A stretch of DNA of 64,000 nt from Euglena gracilis (taxonomy: Eukaryota), in NCBI GenBank assembly GCA_039621445.1, contig CP154954.1:13014716-13078715 (forward strand). The letters are read 5' to 3'. Positions 25,761 through 38,800 of this stretch are shown one piece after another (within the stretch, counting starts at the first letter, position 1; each line of letters opens with the position of its first letter). Position numbers and translations under genes: made by a program. The notes under the pieces were generated by a model. The model was not told the origin of the DNA and did no database searches. It was given only the letters and a program-made list of their open reading frames with translations.

Positions 25761-27787
25761 AGAAGGTCGGCAGTTTATTCTGAAAATATGTTGTTTTTCA
25801 ACAAAAAAATGATATTGGGGATTGAGGTGATACCTTCTTTGAAGAGAATTTAGACAGCCGGGAATGCATTTTTCACTTTTGGTGTTTTTTTTTTGCGCAC
25901 CTGCGTATTCATTTTTTGACCAACTGTGTTTCCATCATTTCACGGGGCGGCGGACCTGACGAGCCGAGACGAACAAGTGGGGACGTGTAGCTCAACCTCC
26001 GGCGTCTGATGACGACTCCCATTATTCACCTCTTGCGCAACCTGTTTTTGGCTTCCACTGGCATGGAGAAACACCCCGTCAAGCGAAGCAGGTGCGACGC
26101 GAAACACTGCTTTTCAGGGAGCCCCATCCGAGGAAGGCATAGTACCTGCCGGCTCCCCTCATTCCCGGTGGCCTCGGTTTTGCGCAAATGCGCAGTCACC
26201 CCACCCAGCTTCTATTTTTTTTTTGATTTGGGCACAAAGCAGAGGCATTTTCTTCAGACAGTTTTCCCTCCCTGAGGTGGTCCCTCCCCTGTCCCTTTCC
26301 TTGCGTCATGGGTCCTGGGTCCGATATAGGGGGGAAGGCGGGAGAGAGTGCAGGGTATGCGGAGTTGAGTGTGCACGGGGTCAGATACAGTGGTACGGCG
26401 CACAGGTCGACAGGGGTATGCGGTGCACGGTTTGAAAGGGAAGGTTCAGGGGTGTCTGGGCCCGTCTGCCATGTGACTGCCATGCCTCGGCTGGTGGCCG
26501 ACCGCCGCCAGCGCTGCCCAAATCCCCAGCGCAGCGCAGCCCGCCCCGGCGGTCGCGCTGGTGGGTGAACACCTGTGGCCCCTCACTCCTGTGAGAGAGG
26601 GGTGTGCCCGCACCTGACCCACCCCCAGGGGGGCATCTTCGAGTCGCCTCGGCTGTGCCACGCTGACCCAGTGGGCCTGTGTACGCTGGCTGTGTGCCGG
26701 TGCTAGCTGCCGGTGTGCGTGCACCCTGCAGCAAACCAAATTCAAAACCAAATTGTTCATTGAAGAGAGGGTGTGCATTCGCATGTGCACATTCTTTTGT
26801 CCACAACACCGTGTGTACTGAGCAGTTGGAATGGGGATAGTGCATGCGAGAGGGGTTGAAGAGTCGGAGGAATTGTTTCCCAGAAGAGAGGGTGTGCAGA
26901 GGAAACAACGCGCATGCGCGCAATCAACACACTGTGATAAGAAGAATGCGCATATGCGCTACGTTGCACAGGGAATAGGATGATTTGGCAGAGTGGGGAG
27001 TGGAGTGCAGCAGACTCCCCAGCAGACTCATTTCTCCGTGCAGGAAAAGGCAGCAAGATGATTTTGCTGGTCCGCTCGAAGAGGGTGGTCCACACTCGGG
27101 GGGGTGGGCTGCTGTGGAGGGGTCGTGGCTAGTGATTGGGCTGGGGATCGGGCACCGGCCGGGGGTTGGGGGGCGGCTAAAGGGGGCCTTCACCTCCAGG
27201 TTCTGCTTTAGCACCACACCCTTCCCATGCACAGGGATTATTCGATTTTGTTCCCTTCAGTAGCAAGGGGGATGCTTCCGCACTGCCTGCACCTCTTAAA
27301 TTCACCTTTCTCCAAGAATCACGCCACCTGAATCATGCCAGATACATGCCACCACCATCCACAGCAGCTTGCACTTCTTCACCGCGTCCTGCAGCAGCTT
27401 CCAGCTGGGCAACCCCATGTAGTCCTCCAGACAGGCCTCCTGCACCGCGTTCCGCATGTTTTCGGTGTACTCAGACAGCTGTACCTTCTCCTTCCCCGTC
27501 AGTAGCGCCACCATGTGCAGGGGGCAGGGTTTCCCGTTCAGCAGGTGGTCCACCCGCACCGCGGACGGTAGCTGCAGCAGGAGGAAGGTGTCCACCGCTT
27601 TCCGCCAGAGCAATCACCGCCCCGTGCAGTGCATCCGCGGAGCCGTTCGACATGTGGTCCCAGAGCATCACGAGGGGGGGGGATCTGAGACGGGTGGAGA
27701 CGGGACATTGCGCGTGTGCGCATTCGAACACAGCATCGTATGCATCGGTAGCTAGAGGGATATGAAATGCAACCGCTTACAAACGCA

Positions 27788-28060
27788 AGAATGCGCACCT
27801 GCGCATTCATTCCCATTGGGATGAATGCGTAGGTGCCAGGTTTTTTTTTTCGTGAGTCCGGCCTAGCCCCTGCCCCCGCCCCCCAGGGTGCCCCCAGGGG
27901 GGAGTGGGGTAAACTTTTCGATTTTAAAACGTATTTTAAAACGTGCTATTTTTCGCGATTTTTTCCATTTTGGGGTGAATTGAGTGGGTCCCCGGGACCC
28001 CCCCCCCCGGGGGACCTCCCCCCCCCAGTCTTAAAAAATCCACCGGTAGGTGCGCATTCT
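27788..28060. mobile_element. Small hairpin element interrupted by a 209-bp hAT-like MITE (27837-28045)
   Basis: TSD GTAGGTGC at 27829-27836 and 28046-28053. Removing the insert restores the hairpin AGAATGCGCACCTGCGCATTCAT...ATGAATGCGTAGGTGCGCATTCT. Confidence 0.85.
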
Positions 28061-28189
28061 AAGTTATACTACCCACTAGCCTGCCACCCAGTCTGAATTA
28101 TGCATTCAGACTGATTTCACATTTTTATTTTTTCATATTTATACAGTATATATTTTTATATACCGTGGGTTCTGTGTTGGCGGTGTGGT

Positions 28190-28306
<117 letters not shown>

Positions 28307-31300
28307 ATTGAGCCTCTCAGTATCGTCCAGGAGTCTGTGGAGGGAGAATTTCACCGGCCGTTTGTGCTGCGTCCTGAACCCCACCCCGTCCGTCCTCACC
28401 CAACTCTTTACATTCAGGTTGTATTTCGTCACGACACGGTGGTGGAGGTGCTCCCTGGTGGCGAGGGCCAGGGCGGGTAGGCCAATGATGGCCACCAACA
28501 AGTTGCAGGTTGAGGAAGCCCTCAGTGCAGTGAGTTTGAAGCCATGGGCCACCTTCATCCAGCACCATTGGGGGTTGGGGTATCTCTCCATTTGACCGGG
28601 GCAATGCGGGGGCGGTAACAGGGATACGAGTTCAAAGGGTACCAAAGTTGCTTGGTGCACCGTGGTAGCATGGTTGTGCGGGTTGGCAGCGGGCCCCACC
28701 CCCCAGCTGCCCCCCACATTCTATTCCCATACCCAAAACAGTGTTCAAAATTGACGTTTTTGGATGGTTTCAAAATCACTTTTTGGAAAATGTGCTTGAA
28801 ATTGACCAATTTTTTTGCGAACATCCAAAAAAGCCAAAAATGACCCCCTTTGGGCTGTCCTGCATCGGGGATGGGGACAGCTCGGGGGGGGGGGGGGGGC
28901 TAGGTCCCCCCCCCTCAACTATCCCCCACTGTTCCCATTGGGCCGTAAAGGGTTTCAGGGACAGGGAAAGCAACATCTATATCAACCACCTCCGCATGTG
29001 CTCTACCTCTACGGGCCAAAGGACCCCCTAAATGCTCAAATAGGGGGGGTGTTAAAAGGGGGGGGGGTCGTAGGGGGGTGTAATTTGGATTTGAGAGAAG
29101 GAAACTTTTTACAGTGTGTCCGTCGACTAAATTTTTTCACCAAACCCCATTTTTAAAAAAGGGGGAGGGTCAAATAAGGGTGGGGAAGTTGGAAATAAGG
29201 AAACCATTTTGGGTAGATACGAGCCAAAAGGCCAACTTTGACAAATTCAATACAATTTCTGAAACATTACTTTAAATTTTTGACATCGCGAGAAGGTGAA
29301 GGTTGAAAACCTCCACCCCAACCTCTACCCAGTGTGGCGCAAATTTGGATTTTTTGAATTAAAAAAAATTACTGCGGCAATTCGATGCCGTCGTCAACGT
29401 CTTTTTCAGTCATTTTCACCTGGAAAAAAAATCACTGGTAAAAGATACGCGATCGGACGTGAATCCAATTTTGCACCTTTCTAAATGTCAATTTTTCTTA
29501 CATATCACATGACTGTAAAATCAGTCTTACCTCAGGAAGCTCCTGTAGGGGGAGGGCATTGTTGTTGCCTCAATTGTATTTGTTTTGTGTATTCTGGCTT
29601 TTCATATTTTCGAATTTTCTTGGCAATGTTACATATTCTAATCCATTTGTCAGTTGTTTTTATTTATTATTCAGTTCAGAGCGTTACTTAATAAAATTTG
29701 AGCCCCCCCCCCACCTGCCCAGCCAGCAGCCCTTTTCCCAGCATCCCCCCAACAATGAGATTAATTTATTTGACTCCGCCCAAAGGGCGGCTGAATGTTA
29801 ATGGATTTCACGCTTTTAGGGGCACAACAATGGGCGAAAATGTGTCGGAGAGCAGTTGTCAAGGATCAGTTCCAGCTAGCCCACCAGGGCCAGAAAAAAG
29901 TGGTTGCAGCCACGGCAGCCCACCGAGTGCGAGGCTGCTCGACCTCCAGCAGATGCCTTCATGGCCTTTGCGGTTTTGGCTGCCATAGCCTCGCTGAAAA
30001 CCCTTTTTTCCAGCCAGCCATAGTTTTCCGGCCTCTTAGTCGGTAGTCGGGGGGGTCATTTATCAACGCCCCGATTCAGTTGTTTCGTCATTGGCTTTGC
30101 CTTTTTTTGTCAGACATTTTCATCTGGGTGGCTCGTTGGCTCCCAAAAACCATGTATCTTTAAATCGCTGTCCTCAAGTTTGACCCTTGATCTGTTGTGG
30201 CCAACACGAACACAAGAAGAGAGCATTTAGCCTCATCCCAGACTTGGACGGCATTTGCAACATTCCATCCCCCCCCACCCCCACGTTTTCCCAAGCCACA
30301 CCCTCAACAAAATGCTCTCCTCTCTGTCGCTGCCCTGCGGTGCCGATGTGCAGGTTGAGTGGACGGGCTCCAGAGCGGCTCGGACGGCGTGCAGGCGATT
30401 GCCGTGTTTAGCCGAAGGTTGGTGTGGTATTAACCTTCCCTGGATGGGTATGCTCTTTATGGTTGCATTGGATTGCATACAATTTGGAAATATTAGACAA
30501 ATATTACGCAGGCTCGGTGACCGTGTTTTTGCATGGGTCTGCCGCATGCCATCGTCAAGTGCTTCCGGGCCAACAATCAGCAAAAATTCTTATCGGTTCT
30601 TCGTCCTTTTTTCTCTGGAAATTTCATTTCTGAAGTTTAGTTGTTGTGGTCGTTGGGTTTAGCTGTTTGGAGACACCATTGGCCTAGTTGGCCCGACCAG
30701 GGCCAACCAGGGCCGACTTTCAGATCGCCATAGGTGGGATTACGACCAGGGCCGGCGGGGGTGGGGAGGGGGGATCCTGCCACACCATGTGTGGCACCGC
30801 ATGCACCGCGTGGCGCAGTGCGCACCGTGTGGGAATTTTCACTCATTTCCAACATTATTGGAGTTTTTTCTTTCATTTTAAAGTGACCAACAGTAGCATC
30901 AAAATGGCTCAAATGGGAAACGATACATTGAAACATTTTTAAATTGCAAAAACAGTGGCCAAAAAGTGACCAACAGTCGCATCAAAATGGCTCGAATGGG
31001 AAACGACACCAAATAAGGCAAAAAAAAAGCCAAAAATTGACAACAAATAGCCGAAGATGGAAAATTGGCCACTGTTTTGCAATTTTAACAGTATTTCAAT
31101 TTTGAACTTTTTTGGTCATTTTTTTTGCCTGTTGTGGTGGTTGCAGATATGGTGGCACAGAGTGCCACACGTGGTGCATTTGCGGCACAATGCGGTGCGT
31201 GAAACATGTGATGCACGCGTTGCGGAAGCGTCCCCACACCAAATATGAAAAAATTTCCGCCTATTTGGTGGAAGTGACTGTGAAGCTTTTATGCCCTGTT

Positions 31301-32095
31301 CCCTATCCATCTCCACTGATTTCTCTCTTGTTTATTCTGAAAGTGAATCTTGTGAAGCCTGCTGGGGTTCAAATCAGAGTAAAGTATTATTGAGGATTGA
31401 TGAATTTAAAATAATGGCATTATTGATCAGGAAAGGCCTCCACAGGGGGATAAAATGCAGGAAATGTGTCAAGTGTCAAGAAGATCTCATGAGGATAATG
31501 CAAAGAGAAAAACGTGATTGATTAAAATGCATCTATTTGGGCCTCCGCCTTCTTCCATTCTGACCAACTTCATTCAGAAACCTAAAAAAAGGAGATGTGG
31601 CCAACAAAATTTAATTTGTCTCAGGGTCATGTAGAAAGAAGATTTGTTTTGTGCTTGAAGCAGGGGTAGTCTTAAGCCGTAGGGGAACCAATCCGTGGGG
31701 GGTTTCAGGCAGCACCACAGGCCAAAAGGGTTAGGGTTAGGGTTATTTGGAAGTCTGCAAATTTGGAAGTCTGCAAAAGGGAACCAACTTTTTTACGTCC
31801 AAAAAAGGCGTGGATTTGTGAGGGTTGTCGTTGAGTTTCCCAATGGTCCCACGTCTTGCCATGCCAACAAAGGCATCGCGAGACCTTTCCTCGCACTCGT
31901 CTCTGTGCAACAGCATGCCAGTTCCTTGTGCCACTTTGCCGCTTCCCACTCGTGCAGGTATTACCTGCTTCCCTCCTGCTGGGCTGCAGACCTCCCTTTT
32001 GTCTGGAGTTTTGGTTGTTCTTTGATTGAGAACATACAATTTGAATGTGATTAGGAAACCATCAAGACCGTGCCGGTTGAAGCCTTTTCTTGGTA

Positions 32096-32242
32096 CCCGC
32101 CCCCACCCCCCCTAGTCGTACGACCACCCCTCATTTACGACCACCCCCCAGTCACAGGTTGCAGGTCATGGGGGTGTTGTGACCCCCCCCCCGGTCACAG
32201 GTTGCAGGAACCCGGTCTTACGACAAGGGGGGGGGGGGCGGG
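32096..32242. mobile_element. TA-flanked MITE (~147 bp), Tc1/mariner-like
   Basis: TA|CCCGCCCCACCCCCCTAGTCGTACGACC ... GGTCTTACGACAAGG(G)nCGGG|TA; similar ends at 46250-46351, 60479-60609 and ~63639-63761. Confidence 0.8.
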
Positions 32243-34724
32243 TAATAGAGTGGTAATAGAGTGGAAACACAAGAACACCACGATGGAATTGCGAGCCATC
32301 GATCAGATGGAGCAAGTTCGAAGGATGGCTCAAAATGGTGAAATTGGTTTGAAATTCAATTTTTCAAAATTACTTGAAAGTTGCTGGAAAAATGGCTCGC
32401 CGTCGCAAATGGCAAAGTTGCAAAATGAGCTAAAACTGGACCTCTGGGTATAAATTCGTTGTTGAAGAGAAGCAACCTTTCGAAGGCAATGTAGCTTCTT
32501 AATTGAATGAAATGCATCTTCCTTCCTTCAATTTTTTCCCCAGAAATTACATGACAATACGACAGTTGAGTTTGTTGTTGTTGAAGCTGGAAAAACAGTG
32601 CTGGCTGGACCCCCTGGAGGATGGGGGGGTCAAGGGGGGTGGGTCCCAATCAGATGCTGGGCTGGACCAGGCTTACACCCGAAAGGAGACAAAATGGCCC
32701 AAAACCACCTCCCTTGGGTTTTTTTTTTCAACCAGATTATTGAGGTGAAACCCCCCCCAAAAAACGACCTAAAATGCAAAAAAAGGTCATTTTTGACCAT
32801 TTTGGACCCCTTTTCATCTTTTTTTCTTCGGTTCGGATTCACTGGCCGCCTGAGGTTTTATTGTCATTCACCCCCCTGGAAGGGGTGGGGGCGTCCGCTA
32901 TGCGACTGGCAGGAGTTGGCTGGGAAAAACGGTGCTGGCTCGCTGGACCCCCTGGGGGGGGGGTAGGGTGGTCCAGCTTAAGAGATTCCCTGGAATGGGG
33001 GCACAGGTTTACGATGTGGCTGAAGACATCAAAAATTCAAAGAAATCGAATTGTCGAATATTCAAATTATTTGGTTAAAAAAGCAAATAGTATGGCACAT
33101 TCTGCGACAAATTCCCAGAGCTTCTGACGGCCAAAAATGAACGAGAATGTCACAAGTATCATTGTGCTTTTGAATCATGATTGTTTTGTTTTGATATACG
33201 CTCCTCAACCTCCGACCAATTATTTGCCGGCTAGGGTCAACAATGGCCGGAGCACCAATTTCGGAATGAACCATGGTGCATTAGGAGTTGTGTAAGAGAC
33301 CACATTTGCACAGTAGCCTGGGGCTGCTGAAGCTCTTGCAATCCCATCACCACCAGTTGGCTGTCCAAGTCCGCAGGGCTTTTGCAGAAAGCCAAGGTGC
33401 ATTTATTACCTTTCGAACTCCAAGCCTCCAAGCCGAAACAAAACAGAAGCACCCTTGTTGGGTAACAATTTTATTATTTTTTCATAATTATGCTATTCCC
33501 GGGCTCTAATTATTCTAGGTCCAATCCATCTGCAATCTAATTTTCGCCTAATTTTTTTGGATCTTTTATGCCATGCAGGGCTCCTAGTTTCAAACGTACC
33601 AACTCCCTCCTCTTTTGGTTGGCCTAGTTCAATTGAACCCAATGTGTGTGATTGAGCACCTTTGCAACTGTTTGATCCACCGCCCATGTGTGACGAAAAA
33701 ATGTGAGTGCTTTCCCCCATTTTTTGGGTGGTTCTAATGACGTGTCTCGTTGTTGGTTTCTTTCTGTCTTTTTTTGCTGCATTTCGCCAGGAAAGAAGCA
33801 AATTGTGAAACGTTTTATGAGTCATCCTCAAGTCAAAGCGCGGCCATTTTAATGTTCCAAAGCGGCAAGGGCTCTTCAAGGACAAAAGGACATCCCCAGC
33901 GACATCTCTTTTCATGTCCGTGAGCCCCAGGTTCCATTCCCTGCCTGGTATGTTATGCTGTAGTGCAGGGTTCTCCTGTGTATTAACAGAGTGGTTATGA
34001 GGACCTCCCTCTCTCTCCCCCCTCTTTTCTCGTTGTGTGTGTGCACGTGAGTGTGATTGTGTGAGTGCGTGTCTGTGTATGAACAAGCACATGGACTGGC
34101 GTCCGAAGTCGGGGGAAGTCAGGGGGCACATTATTGTGAAGTTCATCATTTGATCATGATATGAAAAGGATTGATATCCACATTTTCATTTAATTTCAGA
34201 AATTTGCAGCTTTTTGATATGCGTTTCATTATTTGTTGATGTTTGTTCCAGGCATTTTTTTTGCCAAAATATGTTTGTTGTTTTATGTGTGTTTTTTTTT
34301 GAAGAAAAACGGATGGTTTTTGCATTTATTTTGGGGGGATTAAAATTTTGGCAAACAAAGTCCCTGGGCACGGTCCATTATTTGGGGATATTTGGGAGGG
34401 GCGAGCATGATGGTGATGAATGGTTGTGTTAATTCACAACTGTGTAGCAGGGTGAAGTCTATGCCCCCCCAAGGTTGTCTCATGCTTATTGAAGAATATA
34501 TTACGGATGCAATTTTCAGGTCTAAGGTTTCTGTGTTTAATTCTGGGCAATATGTGCGCATGAATAGCACAGAATTTTTATTCTCGCATGGGGCAGGGGA
34601 TTGGTCAGGATCAGGTTTACGGTTCCCCCTGTTGGCGTTCTTTACGTCCCAGATTTGCTGGATCTCGGGTTGGCTAAGTTCTCGCTGACAGTGTCAGGAC
34701 AATAAGAACTCAGAATAGTCTTAT

Positions 34725-34763
34725 ATGTGTGTGTGTGTGTGTGTGCATCTGCATATATACATA

Positions 34764-34803
<40 letters not shown>

Positions 34804-34825
34804 TCTCTCTCTCTCTCTCTCTCTC
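34725..34825. repeat. Compound (TG)n-(TA)n-(TC)n microsatellite
   Basis: Direct inspection. Confidence 0.95.
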
Positions 34826-35003
34826 ATTCATGTACCATTTTTTCACCATTTGGGTTTCGTCTAGCTTTTCCGAGGTGTGCATCCGTGCTGGGGGGCCCCT
34901 TCATGGATTCCGCACGGCTTTCACGCCACCCCCGGACCCTGACCCCAGGGACCCAGAGATGCCACCGCCGGCCAGCCCCCCACCCCCCCTCCCAGTGTAC
35001 ATC

Positions 35004-35438
35004 TCAGCCTGGTGGTGGGTTTTGGGGACCTCGGCCACATAGTCGTCGGGCTCCGTTGCGTCGTACGCGCCCCGTTTTCCATCTGGTTGAGCTCTTGCTG
35101 CATTTTTTTTGCGGCGCTCGTTGTGGCTCCTGCGGTGCTTCTGGAGGTCTTTTCGGCCGCTCTTTGTGGTGTTTGCCACCCCTTGTTATGGAGTTGGCTC
35201 TACTGGCCTCCTGGTTGTCTTTGCTGCCATTGCTGGTGGCCGGCTTTTTCCTGCTTTGCCGCATCTTTCTCCTCCATTTCTCTCTTTTGGGCTCGTTGCC
35301 CCCCCTTGGATTGGCTTTCTTACACCTGTGCGGGGGTGGTCCGGGGTTCTTGGCTTCACTGATGCGTGACCAGTCATACTGGTCTTGGCTTCTGCTTCTG
35401 AGGACGGATGCTTCGTTCCTTCGTCCCGTTTGGTCCAC
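35004..35438 (-). mobile_element. Possible N-terminal fragment of a non-LTR retrotransposon ORF with a 2A-like RISEAKNPGP motif
   Basis: The 144-aa ORF contains RISEAKNPGP (35366-35337) followed by a basic low-complexity tract; no endonuclease or RT follows. Confidence 0.45.
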
Positions 35439-35689
35439 GCAAGGATTGCCGAGCGTGCTGTGCCTACTGGGCTAATCTTAAATATTTTTATATCTGTATC
35501 CACAGCCTGCCTGGGAGGGCTGGCTGCTGGATGGCTGGTTGGACTCCCCGAGGGTGGGCCCCTCCGGCTCTTGCATACACTACCCCACTGGCACTGTTTG
35601 TTCATTCGTTTTGCAGTTGTAGTTGGTCCGTTTGCTATATCAGTGTCGTTCCACCCAGCAGGAACAGCGAAGCGGCCTGCCGATGATAA

Positions 35690-35810
35690 CCAGTCTCCGC
35701 CTTCTCATTACGCCTTTGGTTCCCATGTCACACCTCTGCCAATTGCGACCCATTTGTTTGTTCATGACCCCTATTCTTTCAACTGTCCCTGGTTTAATGC
35801 CAAAAGAATT
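35690..35810 (+). CDS. Coding fragment containing FVHDPYSF
   Basis: Same octapeptide as 55696-55719, with four differences, all at third codon positions. Exon limits unknown. Confidence 0.4.
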
Positions 35811-36534
35811 CCTCATTTTCTTTTCAGAGGAGCCTTGGAGGCACAATCAACATTTTCTTTCAAAGGATTTTGCAATTGCTGTTTTCCAGCATCCCCCACC
35901 CAAGCAGCAGTTTCTGATCTGATTTTGGCTTGCTGGACCCCCTGGGTCTGAAACAGCTGGAGAATCAGCGCCTGGTTCAGTGATGGCTCAGTTCATTTGA
36001 TAAAATAATGAGAAACATGTTTATAAAAGTTTTATTATGGCCCACCCACCCACCCACGACCCCCACACTCAAAAAAGTTTGGCCAGCTCTTTTCCTTTTC
36101 TAAATCTTTTTATGGCCAGTTGCTGGTCCTTAGAACAACTTTAAGTGCATGTTGTAATTGTTATACCATTAAGTTCATTATTCTTTTGCAAGCTGTTTAG
36201 TGTCTGCTTTTTGTACTTTTGTTTGTTATTTTCCAAAAAAAATGAATTTAAATTCAATGTATTCAGTGTCTTTTTTTAGGTTCGCTTGCAATAGTTTTAT
36301 CACGTTGATCCCAGGGATTGTGCCAATGGACCCCATGCCATTTGCTGACACCTCCCATCATCTTCCTCCCAGCCTGAGAATGGACCGCGAAGTCAAACCC
36401 TTGTGTAATCAGAGAGTTTTGTCACCAAAGATATTGGTTGAGGTACGGATAGTTTTATCAAATCAAATGAAAAAATGTATTATACAATGGATAATTTCCT
36501 ACCCAATTTGAGGTTGTACACCGGATATTACAGC

Positions 36535-36951
36535 CAGGGGTTTAATCCAGCCACCAGCCCAAATTCGGGCTGGGAGCCCCCCCGGGGGGGGGGGGGGGCG
36601 TCGATTGAAATAAAGTTGGGTCCAGCCCGGCCGGAGGCCGGGCCAGCCTGCTGCAGACTGGCCAGCCAAATGGGCTGCCCAGCTCACCTATCCCTCCATT
36701 TTTTCAGTAATTAGGCTGTTCCTCCAGTCCCGATCCAGCCTTGATCTAGCTCCATCCTTCAAAATGTCGAAAATAGCAATTTTTTTCAGAAATTTTTGTT
36801 TTTTGTCGACCCGGCCCAGCCCAGCCCCCTCCAGCCCCGGACCCCCCCTATTCTCCCGGGGGGGGGGGTCCAGCCAGCAGCTCATTTCCAGCCAGCAGCC
36901 TTTTTGCCAGCCGGAGGCTGGACCCCGGGGGGCTCTTTAAGTAAACCCCTG
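36535..36951. mobile_element. hAT-like MITE (417 bp), 8-bp TSD
   Basis: TIR CAGGGGTTTA / TAAACCCCTG; TSD ATTACAGC / ATTACCGC. Inverted relative at 52956-53403. Confidence 0.85.
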
Positions 36952-38393
36952 ATTACCGCCGACATGCACAATTGTTGGACCCGGCCGGACATTATCGTTT
37001 GCCACCGCCGGGCAGGAAATGGGAGAATGGAGGATATCTCTATAGGGCCCCCCACGATATGAATAGTCGAACCTCTGACCCATGAAATTTTGGCCCCGAT
37101 GGACAAGTTTGCAGGGAAACCTGTCTGAAACAATCTGAACCAAGGAACTTAAAATTACATAGCAGATGCTAAGATTCAAATGAAATTGGTCTCGAGTCTG
37201 CATACTGATCATGCAAGATCATTTTGCGTCTTCCACCCAAAAGGTTGGGCAAAGCTGGCTCTCAAAATTTCACAACTGTGGGAGGCGAAGGAATCTTCCA
37301 ACGGCTGCTTCTAAGCTGTTCCTCGCTGTCTCGCACTGGAATGTCATTAATTTACACAGATGGCCACATTTTGCAGAAGCTTCCCAATTTTTTATCTGAC
37401 AACAGTTCTAGGGTAACAATAAAAACCTGTTCTAGTTTTCTCTGACAGCAAAGCCAGGGTACAAGCAACCTCTTCTCAAACCATTCCTAAATTTTGGGCT
37501 GGAAAAAAAGCAGCTTTGCGATCACTGCGCATCATGCAAGCACGAGGCATTGTGACGGCTATGTGACGGGACGCACTGTTTTCAAAAATATTTGAGACAA
37601 GTGGTGGGTGGACAATTTGGCACCCACGCACCCACTGCTGGAAAGGGCGGGCTGTTGAGGCCAACATGGCTTTGACCTTTACATTCCAGTGGTTGGTCAT
37701 TCCCATGTTTTCCCTTCCACATCACAGCCTCGGTAGCCATACAGCCACCGTACCACCGTACCACCGTACCAGCCACCATACAGATCACCGAAGTTCCATT
37801 TTGTCAACCGGGAAAAGCTGCTTTTTTCGGCAAGAATGTTTGTGCAGAGAGTGGTCCAGTGCTCCATTGGTGTGTTTCTGATGATGGGGGCTTTTGGTGA
37901 GCGTGCATTCAAGAAACCAATCGGCAGCACAACAGGAACTAACGTTTTACACAAGACACCTGTGTAGCTGGGACGGCAGCGGCGAGTGCATTTGACTGTT
38001 TGATGGGGCTTCCAAGGCAGCTAACGCAGCGTTGGACACAGAAGGCTAATCAGAAATTGAACACTGCCTGGAGTATCCCATGATTTACCAAACATATGTG
38101 TGTTTCTGTAGTCGATTTTGTATGTTGTTTAGTCGATGTATATGTGTGTTTCTGTAGTCGATTTTGTACATTTTCACAAATCATGTAAGTTGAAGACTTT
38201 CTGAAAATGAAGATTTGTTGAAATGGGTTCAAGAGGGTACGCAAGACGAGATTATGTGCAACAACCTCCCTCTCTTTTGGTCCGATACGAGGGATGATGC
38301 GAGGGATCTTTTTGGATATGTTGGCTCTATAAATCTGTATATATTATCACAACAAAATGCTTGAAAATTTCAATATAACGAGGAAAAAGGGTA

Positions 38394-38800
38394 CCCCCCC
38401 CCCGGGCAATTGTCACCCCTGGCTGTGCCGGCGAATTTGTCACCCCGGGAAATTGTCACCCCCCTCCTCACTGCCCCACAGTATTGCACTGTGTACTTTC
38501 TTTTCGCCAACACGACTCGATTGATGTTCTATGTTGCTACAACGTGCTGAGAGCTTTCGCATACCAAATGCTCTGCACAATATCACGACCATAGCTGCAT
38601 TTTTGCTGCGTTTTTCAGATGGTGTTCTTGGTCATTTGGTTTAAATGTGGCTTTCATGGGTGGCCAATTGACGCCCCTGGGCAATTACGCCCGCGGGCAA
38701 TTGTCACCCCCCTCTGTGCCGGCCAAATTGTCACCCCGGGAAATTGCCACCCCCCTCCGTGCTGCCCAATTTGTCGCGCGACAATTGCCCAGGGGGTGGG
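38394..38800. mobile_element. TA-TSD MITE (407 bp)
   Basis: TIR C(n)GGGCAATTGTC / GACAATTGCCCAGGGGGTGGG flanked by TA; empty site GAAAGGGTA-ACCTATTACTCAAAAT at ~6223-6248. Confidence 0.88.

Larger units (their letters stand above)
20..25835. repeat. Copy 1 of a giant, old, collinear direct repeat (decayed large element or segmental duplication), interrupted by nested insertions; may extend left of the window
   Basis: Ordered matching blocks with copy 2: 20-430/36030-36460; 1430-1550/37640-37750; 5660-6240/37790-38390; 13540-14760/38870-40160; 14870-15300/40915-40995+42683-43080; 15960-16310/43300-43850; 18420-18920/44330-45010; 19160-20480/45545-46890; 21350-22450/49420-50070+52096-52450; 22890-24870/53610-54135; 25620-25835/54545-54730. 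Confidence 0.9.

Noticed and set aside
25940-26020. Possible minimal hammerhead ribozyme (CTGACGAG-N6-CGAAC) just beyond copy 1 of the giant repeat
   Set aside because: The core has GAAC instead of GAAA, and I could not form convincing stems I and III.
31727-31745. Three TTAGGG-register units as a telomere
   Set aside because: Too short and internal; similar motifs occur inside repeats elsewhere in the window.
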